From Sminthopsis crassicaudata (taxonomy: Eukaryota): a stretch of DNA of 64,000 nucleotides. The translations under genes were made by a program, and so were the position numbers. Of this stretch, positions 1 through 13,370 are shown in pieces; the stretch's first letter is position 1, and each line of letters starts with the position of its first letter. The DNA is taken from positions 396,132,454-396,196,453 of the forward strand of contig NC_133619.1 in the NCBI RefSeq assembly GCF_048593235.1. Direction: 5' to 3'. The notes under the pieces are model-generated. The model was not told the origin of the DNA, did no database searches, and saw only the letters and a program-made list of their open reading frames with translations.

Positions 1-702
1 GGAAGTCAAGAATCTCAGGTTCACATTCTGGGGTCAAAACACTGACTGTAGAAACCAATAATAACATAACCTCTCTGAATTTCAATTTCCTCATCTACAG
101 AATGAGGATTATAATGATCTTGATTCACAGGACTATGAAGAAAGTGCTTTATAGATCTGCAAACATGTACAAATGAGTTATTCAATTCAACCAACAAGCA
201 CCCATTGTTTGCAGAACACTAGGCTAGGTGAGGATGAAACAAAGCTTAGATGAGACAATTCCTATCCTTATGGAGCTTAAATTCTATTCAGAAAATATAA
301 CAGACAAATAGAGAAAATAATTTAAGTATGTAAGAGGCTAAAAACATGTAAGTCAAAGCCTATATAAATGTTTAAAAGACACAGGGAGGAATTGGAAGAA
401 GGTGAAGGGGGAAAATTCTTGGAGTAAGTGGCTGAATGTTTGGGGATTGGGGAGGAGAGGGCAATCCTGACCTAAAGAACATAAAGTGTTGCGGAAAGGT
501 AACCAAGTGGAAAACATGTATAAGTAATAAGCAATTCAGTTTCATTAGAATAACAGAAAGCTAATAAGGTGGTAAAGGCCGAATTTCAGAGTGCAATGAA
601 TGCTAGGCAAAGCAGTATGATCTTTACTCAGGGGACTGTGATCCACTGAAGGATTATAAGAAGGGCGGATAAGATCAGATCTATACATAAGAGAAATTCT
701 AA

Positions 703-860
703 GGGCAACTAGGTGGTGCAGTGAATAGAGTACCAGCCCTGAAGTCAGGAGGACCTGAGTTCAAATCTGGTCTCAGACGCTTAACACTTCCTAGCTGTGT
801 GATCCTGGGCAAGTCACTTAACCCCAATTACTTCAGTTAAAAAAAAGAAAAGAAAAGAAC
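703..860 (+). mobile_element. WSINE1-like marsupial SINE with TSD
   Basis: tRNA-derived head GGGCAACTAGGTGGTGCAGTG...GAGTTCAAATC, CORE segment, A-rich tail. AGAAATTCT is repeated at 692-700 and 863-871. Confidence 0.85.
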
Positions 861-1648
861 AAAGAAATTCTGTCAGCAATATAAGATGGATTCGAATGAG
901 GGAAACATGAAGTTTTAGAAATTGTTAAAAGGCTACTGCAGAAGGCTAGGCAAATGGTGATGAACATACACAAGACCAGTTACAACAGGAATAACAAAGA
1001 TGCAATGGGAGATGCTGCAGAGGCAAAATGGCTAGAATTTGGTACTTGACCAGCTATGAAAAATAAGACAGATAAGATAGGAGGACAAATCAAAGATAAT
1101 GTTAAAAGGTATGAACATGAGGATGAGGCAAATGACAGCACCATCAAGGGAAACACTTTAGGTTCTTCTTAGGACACATCATTAGGAGAAGCAGGTTAGC
1201 AAGTTAGCAAGGAAGACAAGTCTGAGAGAGGATAACAAGCTAAAGAACATCAAAAATTTTCTTCAACCACAGTTTTGGGGATCTAAACAAGGTTGCTCTC
1301 ATCTCTGCTCAGGCTAATCTAAAGTTGCAACTTGGTGAAGCATTTAACCAGCACCTAAACTAGTTATATCTTTTTTTATTTTTTAAACTCTTCTTCCCAT
1401 TGCATAAAATGCATTAAAGTAGGGGTAAGGCTGAAGATGGGTGTCAAAATCATAATTCAGTATCATTCTTAGTCCATGGCAATGCTCTTAGGTCCCTTCG
1501 TATGCTCATATAGAATTACAATAGACTAGATCTTCATGTCTGATTAAATGTCACTACGTGTTGGGACTACTCCTCAAAGTTATCATTTAGATTTCTCTGT
1601 TATGTCAATAAATGACACTCAGGGTCCTCCTTTCTTCCCCTTCCCTCA

Positions 1649-1969
<321 letters not shown>

Positions 1970-2233
1970 TCAGAGCTACCTCCATCACCCCTCCCCCATT
2001 TTCCTCACCAGTCTCCCCCCATCCTACTGTCCCTGACAGTTCCATGGGACCCACAGTCTTGGAATAACATCCCTAGGAATTCCTGAATTCCATTCACTTT
2101 TCAATTCAAAACCATTTTTGATTGAGGACCCAAAAAAGAAAATCCCTGAATAGACAGAGATGAAAATCTTTTGGCACCTGGTCTAGGCTCCTATCAACAA
2201 CTATGATCATACAGTACTCTGCATAGCTCCTCA

Positions 2234-2362
<129 letters not shown>

Positions 2363-3499
2363 TCAGCTTAATGTTAAGCTTTTCACCCCAACCTTTACAC
2401 CAAGCTATTCCATACCCCTCTCCAACTAGATTATGCATGCTGCACTGTGGCTTTTCTTTCAGACAATTTCAGATATTTCACTTCTTCCACATAGTTTTTC
2501 AAGATTTATCCATTTTTGTATACATTATGGTGATTATTGGTCAATAACAAGTTGCATTATGTAACATAACAATAATTCACATTTCTACAGCACTTTAAGG
2601 TTTATAGAGCACTTTCTTCACAACAACCCTGTGATGTAAGTGGGGCAAATACTTTGTTATTCTCCTCATTTTACAGAAATAGAGGATGAGAGGTTAGATG
2701 ACTTGCCTTGATAGTTAATACAGCTGGAGCAGGGCTTTTAACCCAGATCTCTGGGGCACCAGCATTCCTTCTACACACTATTCTGTTTCTTGAGAATGAT
2801 AAAAACTTACATTTACATAGTTCTTTAAAATTTACAAACTGTTTTCTTGTTAAATAGGAAATACTAGTATTAACATCCTTTTATTGATAAGTAGGCCAGT
2901 ATGGCATAACGACTCCTCATTTCTCATCTCCATATCCCTATTACCAAGAAATAATTCCGAGTAAATTTTTGTTGACTCAAAAGGATCCTCTATGTTAAAG
3001 GCTTTTACAAACCTTAAAATGCTCTCAAAGTGTATGTGGCTATGGCACGTTAGAAAGACTGCTATGCTACAAGCCAGAATGTGGTTCCTATCCTGGCTTT
3101 GCCACTTACTAGCCATGTGACCGTGGCCAAACCACTGCCCTTCTCTGAGACTCGGTGTCCCCGTCTTTAAAATGAGAAGACTGGACTAGGTGATGTCCAG
3201 GAGTCACTGGGAAAGTGACAGGGATGTAGGAAAGAAAAGAGCATAGTCACTACAGAGTCCATCTCCAAGGTTTCTTTCTGATAATCTGTTTGCAAGATCC
3301 TATGTGAAGGAGGATCAGAGGATTTAGGTGACCCCCCTCCCCAAGTTACAGTACTCCTGGTGACAGAACCAGAGCCAGAACCGGGAGGGGACCCTCTGGG
3401 GCAGAGTTGGCAGCTCTCCTGCCACCTCCAACCATTTTCTTGACCACTTTTGTTCTTGTTTTCTCCCCCTCTGAATTCCTGAGAGTCATGGCCAGCTTA

Positions 3500-3718
<219 letters not shown>

Positions 3719-3997
3719 TCACCAGGTATAGGGAGACAGGACGGGCTCCCTCCTTACCTCCACTTTTAGGGACTCCTGCGCTCCTTCAAAGCTCAACTCT
3801 CCTTTTCTGCTTCCAAGTTTTAGTTCCTCTCTTCTGGTTCCTCACCCCACACCAAATCACTTGGAATTCATTTTGTACACATAGATTATACACATATTTT
3901 CATAAAATCTGGACACATATCCCCAAGCAGAATATAAGATATTTCTTTTTGTATCTGTATTCCCACCTAATGCCTACTTGCTTAACTGAGAAGATCA

Positions 3998-4447
<450 letters not shown>

Positions 4448-4867
4448 TCAGTCTCCCCCCTCCCCCTCCAGCCCCAGGGCCAACTCCTCTTTCTGTTCTA
4501 GAGCATTTCTCAAACCGCTTTCCTCTGAAACCACTGTGTGAAGTAGGCAATGCTACAATTATTGATCCCATGGGACTGATGGGGAGACTGAGGCCTTAGA
4601 GAGAAAGCCGCAGTTACTAAAGTGTCAGAACTGGGGGTAGACCCATAAGGTTTCACGGAAGTTCAAGCCCAACCTTCTCAACAGCCACCATGCTGTTTGC
4701 TTCTATACCTCATTCCTTCGTGCCCCACCAGCCCTCTTATATGTGCCCCCCACGCCAAGGAAACAAAACAAATAAAAAAAGGCAAACCCAACCTCCGATA
4801 AATCTGTTAACTCTCTCCTGCCACCCTTAATCTTCAGAGGAGTTTGCCTTTATCCAGGTCCACTAAC

Positions 4868-4988
4868 CTCCTGGTAGGGAAAGGCCTTACACTGGTCCTC
4901 CACAAAGCAGTTTAGGAAGGGAACAGGGATGAAGCAGAAGAGGATGATGAGGAAAACTGCACCACTGATGACACCCTGGGACTCGGGG
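4868..4988 (-). CDS. DPAGT1: DPAGT1 coding exon 2
   Basis: CAG acceptor, [40 protein letters not shown], donor GTTAGT. 121 nt, in frame with exon 1. Confidence 0.97.
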
Positions 4989-5599
4989 CTGTGACACAGG
5001 GCAGGTGAGGAGTAGGGGAAAAATATCGTCACTCACCACAACTCCAGAGGACTCCAGAACAATCCTCCCATTCTCTCCACCCCTCTTCCCATGTCCCAAC
5101 TAAGGAACAAGACTGTGTAAGACCACCCCATTTCCAAGCATGCCTCCCAATGCTCCCTGCACATCCTGCTCAGCACATCCTGCCCCCAGCCCTACTTCTC
5201 TGTCACTCCCCCAGCCCAGAGGCCCCAAGGTCCCCATCTGGCTCCAAGCCTGTCTCCTCTCTAGTCCTCTTATCCTGTCTCTCTTGCACCCCATGTCCCA
5301 AGGTCACCCTAAGGATTCACTTCCGCCTAGCTTCAAAGCTCAGTCTTGTACTCTTAGCTCTTCTGTTCTAAAGCTAGCCCTCCTGCTCTTCTCCACTTTG
5401 GCTGCCAACTTTCACTCCCTTTTCTAAAGTCACTTGTCCTCCTCCTTGTTCCCCACACTCCTCCAGGCTTCTTCTTTCTCTCTCTTTCCATCTCTCTCCT
5501 TTTCTCTCCCCTTGGTCTCTAAAACTTCCCCGTTCCCAACTGTCCCCTTCCTCGTTATTCCTATTTGTCCCCAGCCCCGATAGTTTGCCCCCTATGGTC

Positions 5600-7150
5600 C
5601 CCCTCCTCCCCAGCTCGTCCCCCCCCCCCCGACCCCTCCTACTCCCAGTCCCGCCCCTCCCGCCCTCCTCACATGGGCTGGCGGCTGGTCTTGTTGAGGT
5701 CCAGGCCGCAGAGGCGAGCCGTGATAAAGTGGCCGCGGAAGGCCGGGATGAGCGTGAGCGTGGCCACGAAGCCCAGCAGCGAGCCGCCCAGGTTGATGAG
5801 CAGCGGCAGCGCCGGGAAAGGCCGCATCATAGCCATGAAAGGCGCCCTAGCGGGGTTGAGCCCCGCTAGGAGCCCACTCGGGGGGCCCGGGGACCACAGC
5901 CCGCCGGTTTACGGTACCTTCCTAGACAACTGGGGCTGGCCACGGGCTGCGTCGCCCGGGGCCACAAAGAGGCTGAGGGCTTCGCGAAGGCGAAGGAGCC
6001 AGCAGCGCCAGCGGCGCCAGCCGTGCCACGGGCTCCCGGGTCAGCCCTGCCAAGCTATAGAGCAAGCTACCTCTTCGGCCACTCCCTGCACCTGCCCAGC
6101 AGAGGTTTCCAGCCGGACTCTTTTCGTATTGCAACTTCCTCTGTGCGGATTGCAGAGGTGGGCAGTAAAGGCGACGAGCGGCCATTTTTCTTGTGGGCAG
6201 AAGCGACCATGGGGTGGTACTATGCTATAGGACGCTTTCCCTTCGAAGTACCAAGGAACAGAGGGAGTAGTATCAAGCACATTGTCGAGAACATTACAGA
6301 GCAAGTAGAAGAAAAGGAGGGGCATATCCCGAACCGGAAGTCATTCTTCGCCCTTTTTCAAGATGGACCCCTTCGCGGACCACGTGGCCCCGCCTCTCCG
6401 CACCACGTGCCCTCACCTCCTCTGGTCGGATTCCACGTCTGACTCTTCTTTGGCCAGCCTCCGCCCTTGGTTTTTTAAAGAGTTCGGTCTCCGCCTATCA
6501 ATTCAGCCGGGCGCCCAGTAATGGGCTGGCTCATCTTGTTTCCTTCTTATTCATAGAATCAAGTGATTCCGGAACCCCTCCCAGCCCCAGTAAGAAGCTT
6601 GGCCTTTCTCGGGAAATACACCCCTTGCTGGGAAAAAGAACGGAAGCGGGATCGGGGGAGGGGAGAAGCCCCTAAACACGAGTTCCTGGCTGCCCATGCC
6701 TCCTCACGCTTTCCCCTGGGCTCTCGTTCCTTGCGGTCTGCAGGGGCCGGATAGCGTTAGGGTCCTATCCCCTCCCCGGCAGCAGCCTCCAGGGCCTGTG
6801 CCAGGCTCCTTTGGAGGCGGCTGCTGACGGTGTGGCCGCGGCTAGTCCCGCCCGGGGCCTCCGGCCACCCCCACTCCAACAGCAGAGATGAAAGACGATC
6901 CGAGCAGGGAGCCACGAGCCCACGCAGGGCTTCCTCCGAGCTCAAAGCATCCAGACAAGTGTCTGTTCTGTATTCTCTGGTTACCTAGGAGCTGCTTCCT
7001 AGGAGGCCTTTGTAAAGAACAGCTCATCCGCGGGCTGTGCCGCCCACAGGCCCGCGTGCAGCAGGTGATGTCATTTTCCCTGAGGGAGAACTGGGGCGCT
7101 GACAGCAGCCCACCACCTCTGCAAGTCCGGGAGACCGTCCTGGAGGCTGA
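5600..7150. promoter_or_regulatory. CpG island / DPAGT1 promoter
   Basis: Dense CpG and high GC. YY1-type AAAATGGCCGC (minus strand, ~6178-6188), ETS CCGGAAGT at 6334-6341, CAAGATGG at 6359-6366, three CCACGT cores at 6380-6440. Boundaries approximate. Confidence 0.85.
5673..5836 (-). CDS. DPAGT1: DPAGT1 (UDP-GlcNAc:dolichyl-phosphate GlcNAc-1-P transferase) coding exon 1
   Basis: ATG at 5836 reads [54 protein letters not shown], matching the mammalian DPAGT1 N-terminus. Donor AT|GTGAG at 5672. 164 nt. Confidence 0.95.
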
Positions 7151-7810
7151 TGCCCTGATTGTGCCTTGTAGCAGCTCCTATGGGAGGAGGCTTAGAGGGA
7201 TGGTCTAGGTTTTAATTCACTTCGGTTAGTTTAATCTGTCTCTGGGAAACTCTCCTTGATTTAATAGTCTTAACTCCGGTTAGTCTGATCTGATCATTGT
7301 TATTTTTTCATCTCCCCAAGTGCCCATTTATATAGTTCTATCAGTGAACCTCCTACTATGTGCTCAGCACTGTGGTAAAAACTGGGGATACAAAAGGAGA
7401 CATGGCAATCACAACAAATATATACAAGGCATGCTACCTGTACAGGTTAAATAAGAAGTAATTAACATTAAAGAGGGGTTAGGGAAGGCTTCCAGTAAAA
7501 AAAAAAAAAAAGTATTTTAGTTAGGACTTAAAAGCATTCACTGTGATCAGTAATCAAAATGGAGATAAAAGAGGGTTCCAGGCATGTGGGGTAGCCAGAG
7601 AAAATTCTGGGAGCTGAGAAAGGGATCTTGTTCTTGGAATGGCCAGGAGATGTAGGTCTTAATATTTGTTCGTCTCCCATGTCTTGCTTATGTGTCAGGC
7701 TTGTTCACTGAGCAAGGATTCCCCTTTTCCCGCTCTGTTGCCCACGATAAGTTCTGTATATCCAGGGTGCTTAACCTCAAGTGCTAAATGATTGTCCCTT
7801 TCTAATCTGT

Positions 7811-7848
<38 letters not shown>

Positions 7849-10800
7849 TTTTAAGAGATGGCTTGTAAGGGATGTCTTCCCACTTCATTGGGAAGTGAAG
7901 TATGAGGAATTATGAGGAAAATGCATCCTCTAAATGCATTTTTATTATTATTATTATTATGAGACCTCATCATTATAATTAGAGATGAAGTCTCTACTAA
8001 CCAAGTTTTTCAGCCAAGAAAGAAAAGCAGGATCCATGAAGAGGATCCACAGCATCCCCCTTGTATGTATATATCAGTGAAGGGGAAAGCATATATGCCT
8101 GGAGTGTAAGGAGGAATTTGTGGAAGAAGAAGGGAAACGGTGAGAATGGAACAGAAAAGAACTTAGCTAGTTGTAAGGGACAGGTAGAATATGAGATGCC
8201 AGAGCAGCTAGATTGATAAGTATGTGTTCAAGATCCCTAGAAGAGAGAATTTTCTGGAGCTGATCAGAGCAACTAGTTAAAATTCTGACTGATTGAGGAT
8301 GTACTGATACTCAGTAGACCATTTATTTACCTTTGGGGAGTTTGCCACAAGGTATTAGAGATAATCTATCTAATGCCTTTCTTTATTGGAACAGGTGGAA
8401 GTGAGTCGGAGTCTTGTAATGACCTAGCAATTTGCCTCATCTTTTCTATAGAAATAATATTACCCAGATTGTTGAGGCCTCACTCATTAAAATGGAACTT
8501 GACCTGTTAGGGAATGTGACCTGTCATAGAAGCAGGATATGATTAGAATATATCTTTCATTTGGTTATACTTGACCTAGTTTATAATTTATTAATATGAT
8601 ATGCCTTAAGGTTTAGAAAAGTTGGAAAGCACACTAGAAATTAGAGAACTGGATTCAAATCCTGATTCTGCTACTTTTCTACCAATATAACATAATAGGA
8701 TAATTCCTGCCCCTTATCTGGGTCTTAGTTTCCTCCTATGTAAAATGAAATTTTAAAACTATATCAATTCTTAATTTAGAGTCTATGGGATTTGGCTTTT
8801 TTGCTTATATTTTGACAATTTATAATTCAATACAATTGGTTTCCTTTGTGACCCCATGTATTTTATCTTATACATTAAAAAACCATTATTTTGAGAATTG
8901 GTCTACCTGCTTCATAGTACTGCCACAAGGGGTCCACAACAAATGTTTAAAAAAAAAAAAAAAAACAACGCATTGCTAAGATCTCTTTCTAAGTCCTTTT
9001 AATCCACTCTGAGAAATAAAAGTAAAATCTCTCTTCCTCCTCTATTAAGTTTCTGCACATTTTTCCTGATAGCTCAGAGGCTTTAGCTAGACAGAGACAA
9101 ATAGACCCTGGGAAACACAGATCAGCCATATTGCCCCTACCCTTAAGCTACTCAGGATAGATAGGAGTTGGGCAGGGCAGAAGTATGTCAATGCAGACAC
9201 CACGTCCATATTGTTTTTGTATATAAAATTTTGCACAAGCACAAGAGAGCTAGAGGAAGAAGGAAACACAATACTCACCCTCAGTAAATTCCCAGTTGAA
9301 TGGAGAAGATAAAACACTTAGGTCTATGTAAGTAAACACAGTAAATAGAAGCCTAGCACAGAGCTAGACAAAGATAAGTGCCATGTCAAGTACCTTTGAA
9401 CACGGATTCATAACTTGGATTCAAATCCTGGTTCTACTACTTAGTAGGTATGTGACTGTGGACAAGCCACTTCATTACTCTGGGCCTTAATTTGTTCATC
9501 TGTAAAATGCTAGTGCTACCTATGTTTGCATTGTTCTGAAGAAAGTGTTGTAGATGCTATAACTGGGGATTTGGGAAAAATAGGATGAGAGTAGAATTCT
9601 GGTAATTAAAACCAGGTAAGATTCAGCTGGTAAAATTTTGTGAGGTAGAAAGACTAATGAGTAGGAAGAGTTCTCAATTCAACATTATTTGATATCTAGT
9701 ATGTGCTGATCATTGGGAATACTAAGATAAAAATGAAATAGTGCCTGCCCTTCAGGAATTTGATTCTACTTGGGGGATAGATAGCATGTACATAAATCCC
9801 TGCAAAGCAATTTCAAAGAGAATACTATTGGCAGAGGAAGAAGAATCAGATAAAGGAATTTTGTGGGAAGTAGCAGCTAAGCTGTGGATGATATTCTAAG
9901 GCAGAATAGAGTTGACCTCTTGTGTAAAAGCAAAAAAAGGAAGTATCAGGTCATATAGAATGAGGGTGGAGGTGGGAAGCTAGCAGTTCCATTTGAATAG
10001 TATAGAGATTTTGTGAAGATGAGTAATATAAAACAATTAGAGTAGATTGGTGCCAGATTCTGGAGTTCTTTACATCTCAGGCTGGGAATTTAGTATTTTA
10101 TCCAAACAATTTTTTTTTTTAATAGAGAGCCATTGAGGACATGAGGAAGGAGTATCAAATCTAGGCTTTAGGAATATCAATTGGATATCTATGTGGAGGA
10201 TGAGGGAGAGAAGGCTAGGACAAAAGATACCAGTTAAGAGGTTTTTATAACAATCTTGGCATAAGGTCATGTGGACCTGAACAAAGGTAGAGGCTATGTG
10301 AATATTGAAAAGGATTTAATTTGAGACTCGTAGAGGTGAGATCAACAAATAGAAAATAGGATAGAGATGTTGAGAGTCAAGGGTGGCTTCCAAGCTGCAA
10401 ATCTTTGTGACCAGAAGGCTAAGGGTGGCATTGTGATTTGGGGGAATCATGCTTTTGGGGGAGAAATATCAGTTCAGATTCCCTCTCAATGTGATCGGGG
10501 TAGGTGGGGCAAATTTATCAAAAACCTTAAAAAATCCCACTAGGCTAAATAATGATTTTTTTTTTAATATGAGAAACTGTAGGAGGTCACTCTATCCATT
10601 CTACAACTGCCTATGAATTCAGCCAGAAACCTCTGAATAATAGGAAATGGATCAACTAGAAAAGCCAGTGCCTTCGCTTCAACAAACAAGAAATTTTAGT
10701 CAGAGAATACAAGATGCACATGTAGCCTGCAAGTTCTTTCTGTATCCATAGATAGGGAAAGCTGAGGGCTCCATTGAGAAAGTCCTCCAGTGGTCTAGAA

Positions 10801-10995
10801 CAGGGCTTCTTAAACTTTTTCCACTCCACTTTTCACTCAAGAAATTTTATGCAATTCTGGACATGTAGGTTTATAAAATATAAAAAAGGTATACAAATTA
10901 AATTATTTATTGATAATAAATCATAACTTCACAATCCTCACATTCAGGTATGCGGCCCCATATAGGGTTGTAACTCACATTTTTAAAAAGCTTTG
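10801..10995. mobile_element. hAT (Charlie-type) non-autonomous DNA transposon
   Basis: Begins CAGGGCTTCTTAAAC and ends in a degenerate inverse (TTTTAAAAAGCTTTG). Perfect 8-bp TSD GTCTAGAA at 10793-10800 and 10996-11003. Confidence 0.85.
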
Positions 10996-11149
10996 GTCTA
11001 GAACATAGAGCAAAATGGGATGTGTGAGAGTAACCAAGCTGGTCATGGCAACAGCTAGAGGTGGACATTCCAGGTTCAGGTTCTTAATCTTTAGCATATC
11101 TATCAAGCTCAATAAATGATACTATATTAATATAATATTATTATATCAT

Positions 11150-11750
11150 AAGAAATGAGAAAAGAGATAATTTCAGAGAATCCTGAGAAGTAAAAACCCA
11201 GAATGATGTAAACAGAACTAGAGCAACTTATATGATGCAATAACATTGTAAAGAAAAAGAAATTTGACTTATGACAATCAGAGAAATAACCAGCTACATC
11301 CCCAGAGGATCCATGATGAAGCATGTTATATTTTGATAATTGTATTTCAATAGAATTGGTTTCTTTTGTAACTTTTTGTATTTCATTTTATACAAGGTGG
11401 CAGACAAATGCATACCTTTTTTGATATGGCTACTTTGTGGATTTCTTGTTTGACTATTTCATTACAAGGAATTTTTATCTTTCTGTCTTTAATTGGGGTA
11501 GATGTTATCAATTATGATGCTAAACTTACAAAAGGAAAAATGTCAGCCACTAAAGTCAGATTGAATATGGGAGTATAGAAGGAAGTACAAACAGGACAAT
11601 TTTGAAAGTAACAGTTTGAATTTATGAAACTTTTTTTTTTTAATAATAAGAATGGAAGAGAATCTTTCATATGCAATCTTTTTTTTGTGTTTTTTTATAA
11701 ACAGAAATGCTAATTGTTTTGGTGTGTGTTAAAATTTTTTTTTAAAAGAG
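11150..11750 (+). mobile_element. Older L1 3' UTR fragments
   Basis: TTTCAGAGAATCCTG, GAACTAGAGCAACTT and ATGATGAAGCATG segments typical of marsupial L1 3' UTRs. Boundaries approximate. Confidence 0.6.
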
Positions 11751-12474
11751 ATATAATTAATTGTATGGGACATGTTGTTGATGTCTGTACAGGTGGAAAT
11801 GTCCAGCAAGCAGCTGATCATGTGGTACTATGGTTCAGTCAAAAGAGTAGGGCTAGATATATAAATTTGGAAGTTAAATAACAGTTGACATTTACATAGG
11901 CATTTAAGGTTTGCACATGATTCACTTATAAACCCATGAGAGATAAATGAAATAGTATTTATTAATGGCTTACTCTGTACAAAGCACTGGGGATACAAAT
12001 AGAAAAGGCAAAAAGCTTCAAATGGGGGAGACTACACAGTTAAGTTTCAACTGCGAATCAAAAAGAAAGATCCTTTACTCCTTAGGGTAAGCCAGCAAAG
12101 CAGAGGTCTTTAATGTCATTTCCACTCATAAAAATCATGTCGGTTTCTAGACAGAGCCAAGGATTTGAGTGGTAAGACCATTCTTTGGTGGGGATAAGGA
12201 AACACCTAAACAAGCAGCTGCCATGTGGCATCTCCATCAGATTGGCTTTGAGAAGTGTGGGTGTTTGACTGGAAGTCCTGTTATTCCCATCGGTCTTGGA
12301 TTTGGGGTTCTGTCTCCTTATAAGGGATCTGAAGTGAGTTAGTGACTGCACATACCTCCTCCTCCATCCCTTAGGAAGTCTTGCCTGCCCTCTAGGTAGA
12401 GATAACGAAGGGAGAACGTTATAGAGATAGAAAAGGATTCAGAACAGATCTGTGAGGGACCCTCAAACCAATGA

Positions 12475-13370
12475 TCCACATTATGATTAGGGAAGTGCAA
12501 ATCCTCCACCTATCAGATTGGTTAAGATGACCAGAAAAGATAATATGAATGTTGCAGCAGATGCGGGAAAACTGGGACATTAATAAACTGTTGGTGGAGT
12601 TGTGAAGTGATCCAGACATTCTGGAAAGTAAATTGAAACTATGACCAAAGGGCTATAAAACTTTGTGTATACCCTTTGATCCAACAGTATTACTACCATT
12701 CATTCAAAATGAATTTTGAAAACTATTCCCAAGAGATCATAAAAAAGGGAAACAGACCCATATGTGCAAAAATGTTTGTAATAGCTCTTTTTGTGGTGGC
12801 AAAGAATTGGAATTTGAGTGGATGCCCATCAACCAGGGAATAGCTGGATAAGTTGTGGTATATGAATGTAATGGAAAATTATTATTCTATAAGAAATGAT
12901 GAGCAGGCTGATTTCAGAAAAGCCTGCAAAGACATAAAGTGATGAGGGAATTGGAACCAGGACGTTGTATACAGTAGCAGCAAAATTATGTGATGATCAA
13001 CCGTGGGAATGTTCTCTTTTCAACAATACAGTAATTCAATGCCATTTCCATCCAGAGAGAAAACTATGGAGATTGAATGCAAATTGAAATATATTATTTT
13101 CACTTTTTTTTTCTTTTTTGGTTTTCTTTCTCCTGGTTTTTCTCTTTTGTTCTGATTTTTCTTTCATGGCATGACTGTATGGAAATATATTTAAAATGAT
13201 TGAACATGTATAACCTATATCAGATTGCTTGCTGTCTTGGGGGAGGGGGTAAAGGAGGGAGAGAAAAAAATTTGCAACTCAGAATCTTACAAAAATGAAT
13301 TTCGAAGACTATCTTTACATATAATTGAAAAAATAAAACACTATTGAATTAAAAACAAACAAACAAATCA
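12475..13370 (+). mobile_element. L1 LINE, 3' end of ORF2 and 3' UTR
   Basis: Degenerate ORF2 C-terminal coding sequence (GGGAAAACTGGGACATTAATAAACTGTTGGTGGAGTTGTGAA..., TACCCTTTGATCCA), marsupial L1 3' UTR, A-rich end. Confidence 0.85.

Noticed and set aside
5565-6442. Long plus-strand ORFs (221 aa, 139 aa) over the DPAGT1 promoter
   Set aside because: These are shadow ORFs of GC-rich, stop-poor sequence antisense to DPAGT1 exon 1 and its leader. They have low-complexity Pro/Arg content and no known homology.
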